Source of the DNA: an uncultured virus (IMG/VR IMGVR_UViG_3300036846_001441)
Taxonomy: Duplodnaviria > Heunggongvirae > Uroviricota > Caudoviricetes
DNA length: 64,000 nucleotides
Virus record (IMG/VR): IMGVR_UViG_3300036846_001441
Reading direction: 5' to 3' (one strand)
In this document: piece after piece, positions 9,223 to 18,632 of the stretch
How positions within the stretch are numbered: position 1 is the first letter of the stretch
Layout: each line of letters begins with the position of its first letter
Position numbers and translations under genes: made by a program
Notes under the pieces: generated by a model
Seen by the model: the letters and a program-made list of their open reading frames with translations, nothing else
Database searches by the model: none
Told to the model about the DNA's origin: nothing

Positions 9223-9998
9223 AGGTCACTCTCATGGACTGGACGGGCGCGGGTCGCGACGATCCCTGGTACGCGGCCAGTATCATGATCTGGACCAAGC
9301 GCACCAGGACCGAGATGTCCCCTGGAGGACTGAAAGAGATAATTGCTTGGCCAGAGGAAAAGAAGGTCGTCGAGCTCAAGTACATGGCGGCAACGGTCCC
9401 GAGCAGTTGGGAGTTCTGCGACGCCATGTTCCTCATCGAGGGTGCGACGAGGGCGTTCACTCACCAGTTCGTTCGCACTCGCACTTTGTCCTTCGCCCAG
9501 CAGGCGATGCAGGTCCTTCGGATGGACCAGGGCAACGGCTGGGACTACCACACCGGAACCACCATCGCCGGAAACCCCTCCGCCGAGGCGATCTACGACG
9601 AGGCGATGAGGACCATTGCTCAGACCTACACCGCGCTGATCGAGGTCCATGGAGTCCACACCGAGGACGCCCGCGGCGTGCTGCCCACCAACATCCTCAC
9701 CAATATCGTGGCCAAGGGCAATCTCAGGGTCTGGGCCGACCTGCTGCGTAAGCGTGCCTCTCCAAGAAACCAGGGCGCCCGCCCCGGCAGCGAGGGCGAG
9801 TGGGCCCTGGCTCATCGAGAGATCAAGCGGCTCCTCGTCGAGGCCCTGCCGTGGACGACCCTTTTCTTGAACAGGACCGCCGACGTCGTTGCGGCGGATA
9901 TGTACGCCATGCTGGAGGGCGTCACCGACAAGCTGATGAGGACGAACCTGACCAAGGGCATCGATCAGCTTGTAACTAATGTGGGAAATGAGCAATGA
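9219..9998 (+). CDS. thyX: ThyX (flavin-dependent thymidylate synthase)-like protein with altered signature
   Basis: EF...F.IEG.TRAFTHQFVRTR..SFAQQ and EDARGVLP motifs; canonical RHRx7S reads RTRx7A. Confidence 0.8.
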   Translation: MKVTLMDWTGAGRDDPWYAASIMIWTKRTRTEMSPGGLKEIIAWPEEKKVVELKYMAATVPSSWEFCDAMFLIEGATRAFTHQFVRTRTLSFAQQAMQVLRMDQGNGWDYHTGTTIAGNPSAEAIYDEAMRTIAQTYTALIEVHGVHTEDARGVLPTNILTNIVAKGNLRVWADLLRKRASPRNQGARPGSEGEWALAHREIKRLLVEALPWTTLFLNRTADVVAADMYAMLEGVTDKLMRTNLTKGIDQLVTNVGNEQ

Positions 9999-10049
9999 CA
10001 AAACAAGAAGGAGATGGAAGCCATGATTAACGTGGAAGGAGAGTAACGC

Positions 10050-10508
10050 ATGACAACATATACCAACTTTGGAGCCCCCTCTAGTCGCCGAGCAATGGGA
10101 GATGATCCTTCTGAGGCTCTCGATCATTCTCGCATGACGTGGATGTGGGAGGAATCCAGCATGTATCCAGTCTTGGTACTCTATCCTCACAAGAAGGCTC
10201 TTGATTACTTCAACAAAGAGAAGGTTAAGAAATTTACTGCCCTCTTGTCAGATGACAGGCGATGGTGTCTCTTGAGAGAGTGGCGCAAGGGTGATGGAGT
10301 GAGATCAATCAAGATTCGCCCCAACAAAGAGGAGCGCAAGCAGCGTCCTCATCTTCACGTACCAATTCGCATTGAGCACTTGCTGACCAGAAATGGAGAA
10401 AAGATGCTGTTGGACTGCGAGGCTCGCCACTGCGAGGCCGAGCGAGGCTGGGAGTTTCAAGTCGTGCATACCATTCGCTTTCCAAGCCGGCTCAAGTCGG
10501 TATCATGA
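10050..10508 (+). CDS. hypothetical protein
   Basis: RBS GGAGAG; 152-aa basic ORF with lower GC. Confidence 0.6.
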   Translation: MTTYTNFGAPSSRRAMGDDPSEALDHSRMTWMWEESSMYPVLVLYPHKKALDYFNKEKVKKFTALLSDDRRWCLLREWRKGDGVRSIKIRPNKEERKQRPHLHVPIRIEHLLTRNGEKMLLDCEARHCEAERGWEFQVVHTIRFPSRLKSVS

Positions 10509-10603
10509 CGAGGTTTCAGAGCGCCTCGGGATGAGAACCCCGTCAGCAAGGGAGAGGGCTCAGTGACCGATCTGCTGGCGGCCGCACCAACGAAGGAGAA
10601 CTC

Positions 10604-11086
10604 GTGATGGACAAGCGCAACATTCACGCGTTGCTTCTGGCCCTCGCCAACGTCGTCCCCGGCGATGGTCCATGGCAAGAGAAGCGAGACGCCGTCCTGG
10701 CAGAGGCCGACGAGAGTGACAAGATCAACCTCGAGGAGTTCGCGAGTTGGTTCGAAGGAGGAGTCATGAGAGTGAGAGTCGACCTGGTCGAGTACGTCAA
10801 CACTCAGTTGGAGTGGAGCGAGAAGATGTTCGGGGAGGGCAACAGGCGAGTTGGCACCATCGAGCACATCAGGAGGGAGCTGACCGAGATAAGCGAGGCG
10901 ACGACCAGGCAGGACGCTCTCCGCGAGTGGGTCGACGTCGTCATCCTTGCCCTGGAGGGGGCGTGGAGGGAGGGCTTTACCGCGGAGCAGGTCGTCACCG
11001 CCATCGTAGAAAAGCAGCTCGTGAACAGGCGGCGAACCTGGCCCACCGAGCAGTCTCCCGATCTCCCGATCGAGCACATGCGATGA
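10604..11086 (+). CDS. DUF550 dATP/dGTP pyrophosphohydrolase-like protein (alternative start 10766)
   Basis: WSEKMFG...G..EHI.REL.EI, EWVDVVILALEGAWR, KQ..N..R.WP, PIEH. Confidence 0.85.
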   Translation: MMDKRNIHALLLALANVVPGDGPWQEKRDAVLAEADESDKINLEEFASWFEGGVMRVRVDLVEYVNTQLEWSEKMFGEGNRRVGTIEHIRRELTEISEATTRQDALREWVDVVILALEGAWREGFTAEQVVTAIVEKQLVNRRRTWPTEQSPDLPIEHMR

Positions 11087-11679
11087 ACGAGGGCACCCGC
11101 ATGACCAGAGCCGGGGCGTTCGATCACCTTCGCTCCGCCCCCCTCTCTGCGGTTGTCGACGACTATTTGGAGAGGTTCAGGGCCAGGCCCGCGCATCACG
11201 ACCCCGTCATCGCCTACTGCGTCGAGGCCAGGCCACACTTCACCCTGTGCATAGCCAGGGCGGTGGCCTCCAAGAGGCCTGATGGCAAGACATTCTCTCA
11301 GGGGTCCTGCGTCAGGCGGGAGAGTAAGGAGGAGATGACCAGGCAATTGATGGAGAACAGGGCGAGGCTGAAGCGGTCCAGGAGCTTCGAGGACATCTAC
11401 TCCATTGTCAAGTCGGCCGCGCCATGGGGGATTGGCAATATGACCATCTACAACGTCTCGTGTCGAATCGCCGCATACCTGAGCATCGCCCCCAGGGATT
11501 ACGTCTACATTCACGCCGGCCCTCTCGCCGGCTGGAGGGCCTTGACCGGCCACCGCGGCGCCATACACCGTGTCGCTGCGGAAGAGCTTCCTGCTGCCCT
11601 GCAGCGTCTTCCTCCACACCGAATCGAGGACCTGCTGTGCGAGTACCGTGAGCTGCTTCACCCGGGGATGCTAAGATGA
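11083..11679 (+). CDS. helix-hairpin-helix DNA glycosylase-fold protein
   Basis: FEDIY..V, GIGNMTIYN (HhH), VYIHAGP..G, IEDLLCEY; motif layout resembles amino acid:DNA transferase/aGPT-PPlase-type proteins. Confidence 0.55.
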   Translation: MNEGTRMTRAGAFDHLRSAPLSAVVDDYLERFRARPAHHDPVIAYCVEARPHFTLCIARAVASKRPDGKTFSQGSCVRRESKEEMTRQLMENRARLKRSRSFEDIYSIVKSAAPWGIGNMTIYNVSCRIAAYLSIAPRDYVYIHAGPLAGWRALTGHRGAIHRVAAEELPAALQRLPPHRIEDLLCEYRELLHPGMLR

Positions 11680-11921
11680 CGATTCAATCGATCAGTGAGT
11701 ACTGTGCCAGACGCGACGCCGCCCTGCTCGGCGACCTCGATTGCTTCATCGCATTCGTCGAAAGTCAGGGCAACGCATTCTCGACTCGCCTCTCTGCCGA
11801 GATTACTCAGCACAAGATGCGAACTGCCGTGGTCACCCTGCCCATCGAGTTGCGTCGCGCCTCGTGGAGATGGCTGACCGAGCGTGGCTATCAGGCCTGG
11901 GACGATGGAAACCTGAGATGA
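11676..11921 (+). CDS. hypothetical protein
   Basis: ATGA-coupled on both sides. Confidence 0.65.
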   Translation: MTIQSISEYCARRDAALLGDLDCFIAFVESQGNAFSTRLSAEITQHKMRTAVVTLPIELRRASWRWLTERGYQAWDDGNLR

Positions 11922-12289
11922 TCACCCTCATCGGCATCAGGCCCGGCAAACCCGGCGACTCTCCCCTCACTCCCACGGGAGGGTCCACGAGCTCTGCCGA
12001 CAGGCTGCGAATCATCTGCGGCATGAGCGTGGACGAGTTCCTCGAGGCCTTCCCGAGAAGATACAATGTCTCCAATGGCGTCTCCGGCGACCTGGGTGAC
12101 AGGGTTGCCGTGCTCGGCAGAGAGGCGTGGGTTGCCCTGGGCCTTCCCAGGACAACCGGATTTTTTGGCAGGGTCAAGAGGAGCGGCGTCACCTACATCC
12201 TCCTGCCTCACCCCAGCGGAAGGAGCCTGCTCTACAACTCGCCCAGGGTCAGGGCCAGGGTCAAGCGGGAGCTCAAGCGATGGCCGTGA
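11918..12289 (+). CDS. minimal uracil-DNA glycosylase superfamily protein
   Basis: LIG.RPG, VAVLGREAW, LLPHPSGR..LYN correspond to UDG motifs 1-3. Confidence 0.65.
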   Translation: MITLIGIRPGKPGDSPLTPTGGSTSSADRLRIICGMSVDEFLEAFPRRYNVSNGVSGDLGDRVAVLGREAWVALGLPRTTGFFGRVKRSGVTYILLPHPSGRSLLYNSPRVRARVKRELKRWP

Positions 12290-12837
12290 GGGGAGCCAAC
12301 TACCGTCGCGTCGCCGACGACCTCTATCCAACTCCACCAGAGGTGGTCGAGGCCCTGCTTAAGCTGGTCAAGTTCGGAAGGACGGTGTGCGACCCGGCCT
12401 GTGGACCAAGCCACAACGTCCTGAGGGTGCTGCGGAGGCACGGTCATGCGACGATCGGCATGGACAAGGCCAATGGCTTCGACTTCACGCGAGACGAGTT
12501 TCCGGCGAAGAGGTGCGACATCGTCACCAATCCACCCTACGGGGACAGGCGCGCCGCCCTGGCCCTGGCGTTCGTGGAGAGGAGCCTGGCCATCACCGAG
12601 CGATGGAGGGGCAGGGTGGCGATGCTGCTGCCCGTCGACTTTGACAGCGGCAAGACGCGGTGCTCGGTGTTTCGAGACTGCCCCTGCTTCGACGCCAAGA
12701 TCGTCCTGCTGGACCGCATCAGATGGTTCGACGGCCAGAGCGGCTCCACCAATCACGCGTGGTACGTCTGGAACTGGAAGAGGGACTCGGCCATGTCACC
12801 GAGAATACTGTACTCCAGGATAGAGGAGAGACAATGA
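12280..12837 (+). CDS. DNA amino-methyltransferase (N6-adenine type)
   Basis: DLYPTP, CDPACG (SAM binding), DIVTNPPY (catalytic motif), AWYVW. Confidence 0.88.
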   Translation: MAVRGANYRRVADDLYPTPPEVVEALLKLVKFGRTVCDPACGPSHNVLRVLRRHGHATIGMDKANGFDFTRDEFPAKRCDIVTNPPYGDRRAALALAFVERSLAITERWRGRVAMLLPVDFDSGKTRCSVFRDCPCFDAKIVLLDRIRWFDGQSGSTNHAWYVWNWKRDSAMSPRILYSRIEERQ

Positions 12838-12995
12838 CGATAGAGGTCGAGGTGAACAGAGACAACGTGATCATAGAGGGCACCAGGGTACCCAGGCCGG
12901 CCACTGCCAGCGTCTCCGAGTGGATGGAGTACTGGGAGAGGTTCCTTGATGGGATGGAGGATGAGAGATGCCGAGCATCATCCTCGTCGACATAG
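12834..12995 (+). CDS. hypothetical protein
   Basis: RBS GAGGAG; ATGA overlap. Confidence 0.5.
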   Translation: MTIEVEVNRDNVIIEGTRVPRPATASVSEWMEYWERFLDGMEDERCRASSSST

Positions 12996-13414
12996 ATCAC
13001 ACCCTCGCCGACGCGGCGTGGCGAGACCCCCTGCTCGGCAAGTGGGACGAGTACTATGCCGAGAGCGGCAAGGACCTTCCCTTCGGCTTCGTCGATTTCA
13101 TTCTCACGATGGCCCACGAGCATGGCAAGAGAATCATGGCCCTCACCGCCAGGCCGGAGCGAACCCGCTGCCTCACCGTGAGGTGGCTGATCAAGTGGGA
13201 GATACCAGTCGACTCCATCCTGATGAGGGGCGACAACGACTATAGAAGTGCCGTGGAGGTCAAGCGGGACCTGGTTGCCTCCCTGAACCTCAATGAGGTG
13301 ATGTTCGTGCTCGAGGACAGGGACGACGCAGTGGCCGCCTTCAGGCAGATGGGATTGAACGTTCTTCAGGTCTATGGAGTGAGCAATGGCAGACCTCCCC
13401 AGGGAGAGGATTGA
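12968..13414 (+). CDS. HAD-family phosphatase (T4 PNK 3'-phosphatase-like)
   Basis: LVDIDHTLAD, LTARPE, WL, LMR...DYR, K, LEDR. Confidence 0.85.
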   Translation: MPSIILVDIDHTLADAAWRDPLLGKWDEYYAESGKDLPFGFVDFILTMAHEHGKRIMALTARPERTRCLTVRWLIKWEIPVDSILMRGDNDYRSAVEVKRDLVASLNLNEVMFVLEDRDDAVAAFRQMGLNVLQVYGVSNGRPPQGED

Positions 13415-13688
13415 CGCACTGATCTCTATCTACGACCAGCGGCAAGGCACGTACGGCGAGGACTACACCCACATCGGCGAGTCGATGATCGGGCTGTTTC
13501 CCAGCGGCCTCAACCTGGTCAGCGAGAGGGATTTCACCAGGTTTGCGCTGCTGTGCAGCATTCACGGCAAGCTCCTGAGATACGCGGCGCGGTTCAAGGA
13601 CGGAGGCCACGCCGACTCCCTCGACGACATCTCCATCTACGCTCAGTTGCTGAGGAGCATCGATTCTACGCCGGAGAAGAAGGAATGA
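13386..13688 (+). CDS. all-alpha NTP pyrophosphatase-like protein (Nmad1/DUF6378-like)
   Basis: R...YG.DY, KL.RY, H.DSL.D...YA. Confidence 0.7.
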   Translation: MADLPRERIDALISIYDQRQGTYGEDYTHIGESMIGLFPSGLNLVSERDFTRFALLCSIHGKLLRYAARFKDGGHADSLDDISIYAQLLRSIDSTPEKKE

Positions 13689-14224
13689 TCGTCTGCGTCT
13701 TCGACACGGAGACCACCGGCCTGATCGACAACCACTCGGTCAAGCTGGACAGGCAGCCCGAGGTGATTGAGTTTGCCGCGGCGTGGGTGGACTGGGAGGA
13801 CTTGACGACATTGGTGATCCAGTACTCAACGCTGATCAAGCCCTCCAAAGAGCTGCCCGACAAGATCAAGGAGATCACTCACCTCAACGACGCGGATCTC
13901 GCCGGCTGCCCCTCCTTCGCCGCCGTCTCCGACCAAGTCGCCTCCCTCCTGACCGAGGCCGACGCGGTGTGCGGCCACAACCTCTCGTATGACATGGAGA
14001 TGATCGACCTGGAGTTCGAGCGCCTCGGCAAGAGGCTGACCTGGCCCCAGCAAAGAATATGCACCGTCGAGCAGACCATCCACATCAAGGGGGACCGCAT
14101 CTCGCTCGGCGACCTTCACCTCCTCCTCACCGGCGCCCTGCACGTTGATGCTCACCGCGCCATGCCAGACGTGATGGCCACGCTGCGATGCCTGACCGAG
14201 ATCAAGGCGAGGGACTGGCTGTGA
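13685..14224 (+). CDS. dnaQ: DEDDh 3'-5' exonuclease (DNA polymerase III epsilon-like)
   Basis: FDTETTG, GHNLSYD, AHRAMPDV. Confidence 0.92.
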   Translation: MIVCVFDTETTGLIDNHSVKLDRQPEVIEFAAAWVDWEDLTTLVIQYSTLIKPSKELPDKIKEITHLNDADLAGCPSFAAVSDQVASLLTEADAVCGHNLSYDMEMIDLEFERLGKRLTWPQQRICTVEQTIHIKGDRISLGDLHLLLTGALHVDAHRAMPDVMATLRCLTEIKARDWL

Positions 14225-14595
14225 CGGCACTCGATGCCGCGATCAAGTTCGGGGAAGAGGCTGTCGTCAGGATGATCACGCTCAGCGTCAGGGAGCGCAT
14301 GATATCCTGGAAGCTGATGAGGCTGAGGCACCTGCTCTCTCGTGGAAGGCAAGATGCCGCCCTCAGGGTGGCGGAGGAGACCATTGCCCTGATTGGAGAA
14401 GATGAGTTGTCACAGATAAAGTGGATTCACCGGCTTCATCAGGTCACCGGCCTGCTGGCGCTGCGCGGCAATGGCAGGCTCACCATCGAGGATGCTAAGA
14501 TGATCAGGGCAACCCTCAGGGACGTGATGAGGGAGATGGAGGACAAGTCAAACTGGGTCAATCTCCTGAGGAGCAAGGAAGATGGAAAGGAATGA
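14221..14595 (+). CDS. hypothetical protein
   Basis: GTGA overlap with the exonuclease stop. Confidence 0.6.
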   Translation: MTALDAAIKFGEEAVVRMITLSVRERMISWKLMRLRHLLSRGRQDAALRVAEETIALIGEDELSQIKWIHRLHQVTGLLALRGNGRLTIEDAKMIRATLRDVMREMEDKSNWVNLLRSKEDGKE

Positions 14596-14706
14596 CGGCT
14601 GCGTCGCGATCAACGTCGAGGACTATCCCCACATCGATCCTGCCACGGGGAGGAGCTCGGCAGCCTGGCCTTCAGCCTATCCCTGGGAAGGACTCCGATT
14701 CACTTC

Positions 14707-14970
14707 GTGTTCATGCATCGAGGGAGGGAGATCGGCCAGATGATCGTCAGGGCTCCCTTGATGTATCAAATCGTATTGCCGGATGGACGGCCATTGAAGG
14801 GAACCACTGCCATGGACTCCCAGACGGCGATGGCACGTGGAATGATGATGGATTTGCCGTCGGGATGCAAGGTTGAGTGCTGCATGCCCCAGGCCGCCTC
14901 GAATGGTGGGCAAGTCCAGAACGGCCTGTGTCCCGCTGGAACGGTTACGCGTACTGACATGACACGGTGA
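14707..14970 (+). CDS. hypothetical protein
   Basis: ORF fills the gap before DnaE; start uncertain. Confidence 0.35.
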   Translation: MFMHRGREIGQMIVRAPLMYQIVLPDGRPLKGTTAMDSQTAMARGMMMDLPSGCKVECCMPQAASNGGQVQNGLCPAGTVTRTDMTR

Positions 14971-15041
14971 ACGCCGACCAGCGAGTCGAGAGGCTCATTC
15001 GCGGGAAGCCGGAGAGACGGCACCAAAAGAAGGCGACGATC

Positions 15042-18000
15042 ATGATTCGCACGGGCTACAGCTTCAGGGTCGCCGTCGGTCAGGTCTCTCAGGTTGCGGA
15101 ACGGCTTCGCGACATTGGCTGGACCTCCGCCCCAATTGCCGACAGGGGAGGCACGTTCGGCTTCGTGTCGTGGACCAAGGCATGCGAGGCAGCGAAGATC
15201 AGGCCGGTCTACGGCATCGAGCTCGCCGTCTCCGACAACTGGGGAGAGAAGAGACCCCGATATGACTGGTGGGTGTTCCTTGCCAAGGAGCGGCTGAGGG
15301 ACCTCAACCAGCTCGTCAAGACGGCGACCTCCTCCTCCGGCAAGGTCCCGGTGCTGTCGTATCAGCAGGCCCTCGACGCTCCAGGCGTCATCAGGATCGC
15401 CCAAGAGCACTGCGATATGGAGGCATGCGACTTCGACCTCGCCGACACCTACATGGGAATCACCCCGGCCACTCCGAGGGCCACCATCAAGGCGGCAGAG
15501 GCGAGGGGCGCGTGGCTGATCGCTCACCCCAGGAACGTCTATCCACTCGCCGGCGACCTCGAGCTCTACCGGGTGATGCTCGGCAGATATCTGGCGTCGA
15601 CCCAGACCTATCCTCAGCACATTCTCAGCGACGACGAGCTCTCCGCCTGCATCAGGCTCTCCTCCTTCGACGAGGCGGTGGCCAGGCGAAGAAGCGTGCT
15701 CGACGAGTGCAGGGCCGTCCTGGAGACTGCCGAGCTGCTCAAGGTCAATGCGACAGACTCGCTCCAAACCCTCTGCGTTCGCGGAGCCATCGCCCTGGGC
15801 GTAGACCTCTGCGACGGAGTCTACGCCGAGCGGCTGGAGCGCGAGCTCAGGCTGATCGCGGAGAAGAAATTCGACGACTACTTTCACATCATCGCAGAGC
15901 TGGTGGCGTGGGCCAAGCCGAGGATGGTGGTGGGTCCGGCGAGGGGCTCGAGTTGCGGCTCTCTGGTCTGCTACCTGCTGGGGATAACCGCCATCGACCC
16001 GATCCCTCACGGCCTGATCTTCGAGCGGTTCATTGACGTGACGAGGACCGACCTCCCCGACATCGACCTCGACTTCAGCGACGCGCACCGCGACGCTGTC
16101 TTCGCTCACGCCGAGCAGAGATACGGCGAGCGAGTGGCCAGGCTGGCCAGCGTGGCGATCTTCCAACCCAGGAGCACACTGGCTCGAATGGGTGCGGCGC
16201 TGAAGATACCGACGTGGCAGGTCAATGAGGTGGCGGAGACGGCAATAAAGCGAGCGATGGGAGACAGCCGCAAGAGCAGCACCATCGAGGACACGCTGAC
16301 CACCACCGACGCGGGCAAGAAGATGCTCAACGAATTTCCCGAGGCCATCATAGCATCGCGGTTCGAGGGCCACCCCGACCACAGCGGCATTCACGCCGCC
16401 GGCCTGGTGGTCACCGACTCCCCGGTCATCGACTACGTCGCCGTGGACATGCGTTCCAGGACGGCGATGTGCAACAAGTACGACGCCGAGCACCTCAACC
16501 TCCTGAAGATAGACGTGCTGGGGCTGACCCAGCTCTCGATCTTCGAGAGGATTCTCGAGTTGATCGGTCAGGAGCCCATCTCGGGTTGGCTGGAGAAGAT
16601 ACCGCTGGATGACCCTGCGGCATTCGAGGTCCTGAACAGGCACAAGTACTGCGGCATATTTCAGTTCGAGGCCACGGCCATGCGAGCGCTCTCTCGCCAG
16701 GTCACCTTCGAGAGCCTGGAAGACATCATCGCGGTAACCGCCCTGGTCAGGCCCGGGCCGCTGGCATCGGGATCGACTGCCGCCTGGATAGAGAGGAGAG
16801 AGGGCAGGGCGGAGGTGACCTATGCTCATCCACTGCTGGAGGAGTACCTCAGGGATACGTTCGGTGTGCCGGTCTATCAGGAGCAAATCCTTCGCATTGG
16901 GCGAGAGATCGGTGACCTGTCCTGGGCGGACGTCACGGCGCTGAGGAAGGCCATGAGCAAGAGCCTCGGCGCAGAGTATTTTTCTCAGTACGGAGACAGG
17001 TGGAAGAGCGCGGCCGTCGTCAAGGGGATGCCACCCGAGGTGGCAGACAAGTTCTGGGATGAGCTTTGCCAATATGGAGCTTGGTGCCTCTCCGGAGACA
17101 CAAAGCTCATCAACCCTCATCCAAGCCAATATGGAAATAAGACATTCACGCTAAGAGAGCTATACGAGTCCAATGGATTCACTCCAAGAAAGGGCACAAG
17201 CAAAGACCCTAGACAGAGTAAAAAGCGACAGAAACTGCTATGCCTCCAAGACGGAGCCATCAAGCCTGCCGCCAATGTCATGGTGACTCACAGCGGCAAG
17301 AGAGAGACCTGGCTCGTCGAGGTCGACTCTGGAGAGAAGATCAGGGCTACGATGGATCACAAGTTCTTGTGCGTGGATGGCGTCTATCGCCCCTTAAAGC
17401 AATTGGAGAGTGGATCGGCCCTGGCAATGATGGGAGAGCGAAGGCTTACATCGAGGAAGGAGAAAAAGGGAATTGGCAGAGGCGGTCAGAACTGGTGGCC
17501 CAAGCTCAAGGCAGGTGAACCTCTGTACAAGAGGCAGGTTGAGAAGCTAAGACGCGTCTACAAGCGGTGTCAGGTATGTAAGCAGGCACCATATCAGGAC
17601 ACTCACCACGTCAACTTTGATCACACCGATCACTCCTGGGAGAACCTATTACCGGTGTGTAAGAAGTGCCACAAGGCTCTTCACGGAGGAGCATCCATTG
17701 GCAATAGCATTGGCAAGCAGGTCAGGATTGCCCACATCGTCTCCATCTCGGAGCCAAGGATCGAGGACGTGTACGACGTCAGCATGCCGGCGCCTCATCA
17801 CAACTTCGTAGCAGAGGGCTTCGTCGTTCACAATTGCTTCAACCGAGCGCACAGCGTCAGCTACGCCTATGTCTCATACTGGTGCGCATGGCTGAAGGCT
17901 CATCACCCCGTTGAGTTCGCCGCCGCCACTCTCGACTCCGGCGCAGAGCCAGAGAAGCAGATCAAGCTCCTGAGGGAGCTAGCCGACGAGGGCATCGGCT

Positions 18001-18632
18001 ACGTCGCCGTCGATCCCGACGAGAGCACCAACAGGTGGACGGTCAGGAGCGATGGCAGCCTGCTCGGCCCCCTCACCAACATCAAGGGCATCGGCCCGGC
18101 TAAGCTGGCTCACATTATTCAGATCAGGGAGGCGAACAGGGAGCTGAGCGCGGCTCAGATCAGGACGCTGATGCCGGCAGGACTCAAGAAGATGCTGGAT
18201 GATCCCAAGACTGACATCGACAGCCTGTACCCGATTCGCGACAGGCTGAAAAAGCTGTATCCCAAGGGGCTCGAGGAGCACGTCGTCTCCAGTGTGACCC
18301 CAGTCGTGGACTGTCAGCCAGGTCTAACTGGGGAGCGCGTGATCATCATCACTCCGACGCGGATCACCCCCAAGGACGAGAACGAGCCGGTAAAGGTGGC
18401 CAAGCGCGGCTACAAGCTGAGCGCCCCAACTCAGGCCCTCAACATGTTCGTGCGAGACGACGGCGATGAGATGTTCGCCAAGGTGGGGCGATACAGGTAC
18501 AAAGACATTGGGCTGGAGGTCCAGAACGAGGGCCAGCCAGGCAAGGTGATCTGGGCCATGAAGGGCGTTGTGCCGGAGACGTTTCGGATGCTCGACGTCT
18601 ACAAGGTCAAAAAATTGGGATACCTGGAATGA
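15042..18632 (+). CDS. dnaE: DNA polymerase III alpha subunit (DnaE, family C), intein-containing
   Basis: PHP-like start (RTGYSF, PVYGIEL), GPARGSSCGSLVCYLLGIT, FERF, PDIDLDF, HAAG, KIDVLGL, GIFQFE, RPGP, VYQEQ, FNRAHS.SY. Confidence 0.96.
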   Translation: MIRTGYSFRVAVGQVSQVAERLRDIGWTSAPIADRGGTFGFVSWTKACEAAKIRPVYGIELAVSDNWGEKRPRYDWWVFLAKERLRDLNQLVKTATSSSGKVPVLSYQQALDAPGVIRIAQEHCDMEACDFDLADTYMGITPATPRATIKAAEARGAWLIAHPRNVYPLAGDLELYRVMLGRYLASTQTYPQHILSDDELSACIRLSSFDEAVARRRSVLDECRAVLETAELLKVNATDSLQTLCVRGAIALGVDLCDGVYAERLERELRLIAEKKFDDYFHIIAELVAWAKPRMVVGPARGSSCGSLVCYLLGITAIDPIPHGLIFERFIDVTRTDLPDIDLDFSDAHRDAVFAHAEQRYGERVARLASVAIFQPRSTLARMGAALKIPTWQVNEVAETAIKRAMGDSRKSSTIEDTLTTTDAGKKMLNEFPEAIIASRFEGHPDHSGIHAAGLVVTDSPVIDYVAVDMRSRTAMCNKYDAEHLNLLKIDVLGLTQLSIFERILELIGQEPISGWLEKIPLDDPAAFEVLNRHKYCGIFQFEATAMRALSRQVTFESLEDIIAVTALVRPGPLASGSTAAWIERREGRAEVTYAHPLLEEYLRDTFGVPVYQEQILRIGREIGDLSWADVTALRKAMSKSLGAEYFSQYGDRWKSAAVVKGMPPEVADKFWDELCQYGAWCLSGDTKLINPHPSQYGNKTFTLRELYESNGFTPRKGTSKDPRQSKKRQKLLCLQDGAIKPAANVMVTHSGKRETWLVEVDSGEKIRATMDHKFLCVDGVYRPLKQLESGSALAMMGERRLTSRKEKKGIGRGGQNWWPKLKAGEPLYKRQVEKLRRVYKRCQVCKQAPYQDTHHVNFDHTDHSWENLLPVCKKCHKALHGGASIGNSIGKQVRIAHIVSISEPRIEDVYDVSMPAPHHNFVAEGFVVHNCFNRAHSVSYAYVSYWCAWLKAHHPVEFAAATLDSGAEPEKQIKLLRELADEGIGYVAVDPDESTNRWTVRSDGSLLGPLTNIKGIGPAKLAHIIQIREANRELSAAQIRTLMPAGLKKMLDDPKTDIDSLYPIRDRLKKLYPKGLEEHVVSSVTPVVDCQPGLTGERVIIITPTRITPKDENEPVKVAKRGYKLSAPTQALNMFVRDDGDEMFAKVGRYRYKDIGLEVQNEGQPGKVIWAMKGVVPETFRMLDVYKVKKLGYLE
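17085..17834 (+). mobile_element. intein (250 aa) with internal HNH homing endonuclease
   Basis: GAW|CLSGDT start, block B IRATMDHKF, block F DVYDVSM..PHHNFVAEG, ends VVHN|CFN; internal CQVC...HHVN.DH.....NL..VCKKCH. Confidence 0.93.

Noticed and set aside
10604..11086. Z-genome (2-aminoadenine) pathway suggested by DUF550
   Set aside because: No PurZ or HD-domain dATPase is visible; DUF550 alone is common in phages
14766..17129. 787-aa minus-strand ORF
   Set aside because: Antisense shadow of dnaE in high-GC DNA; no motifs
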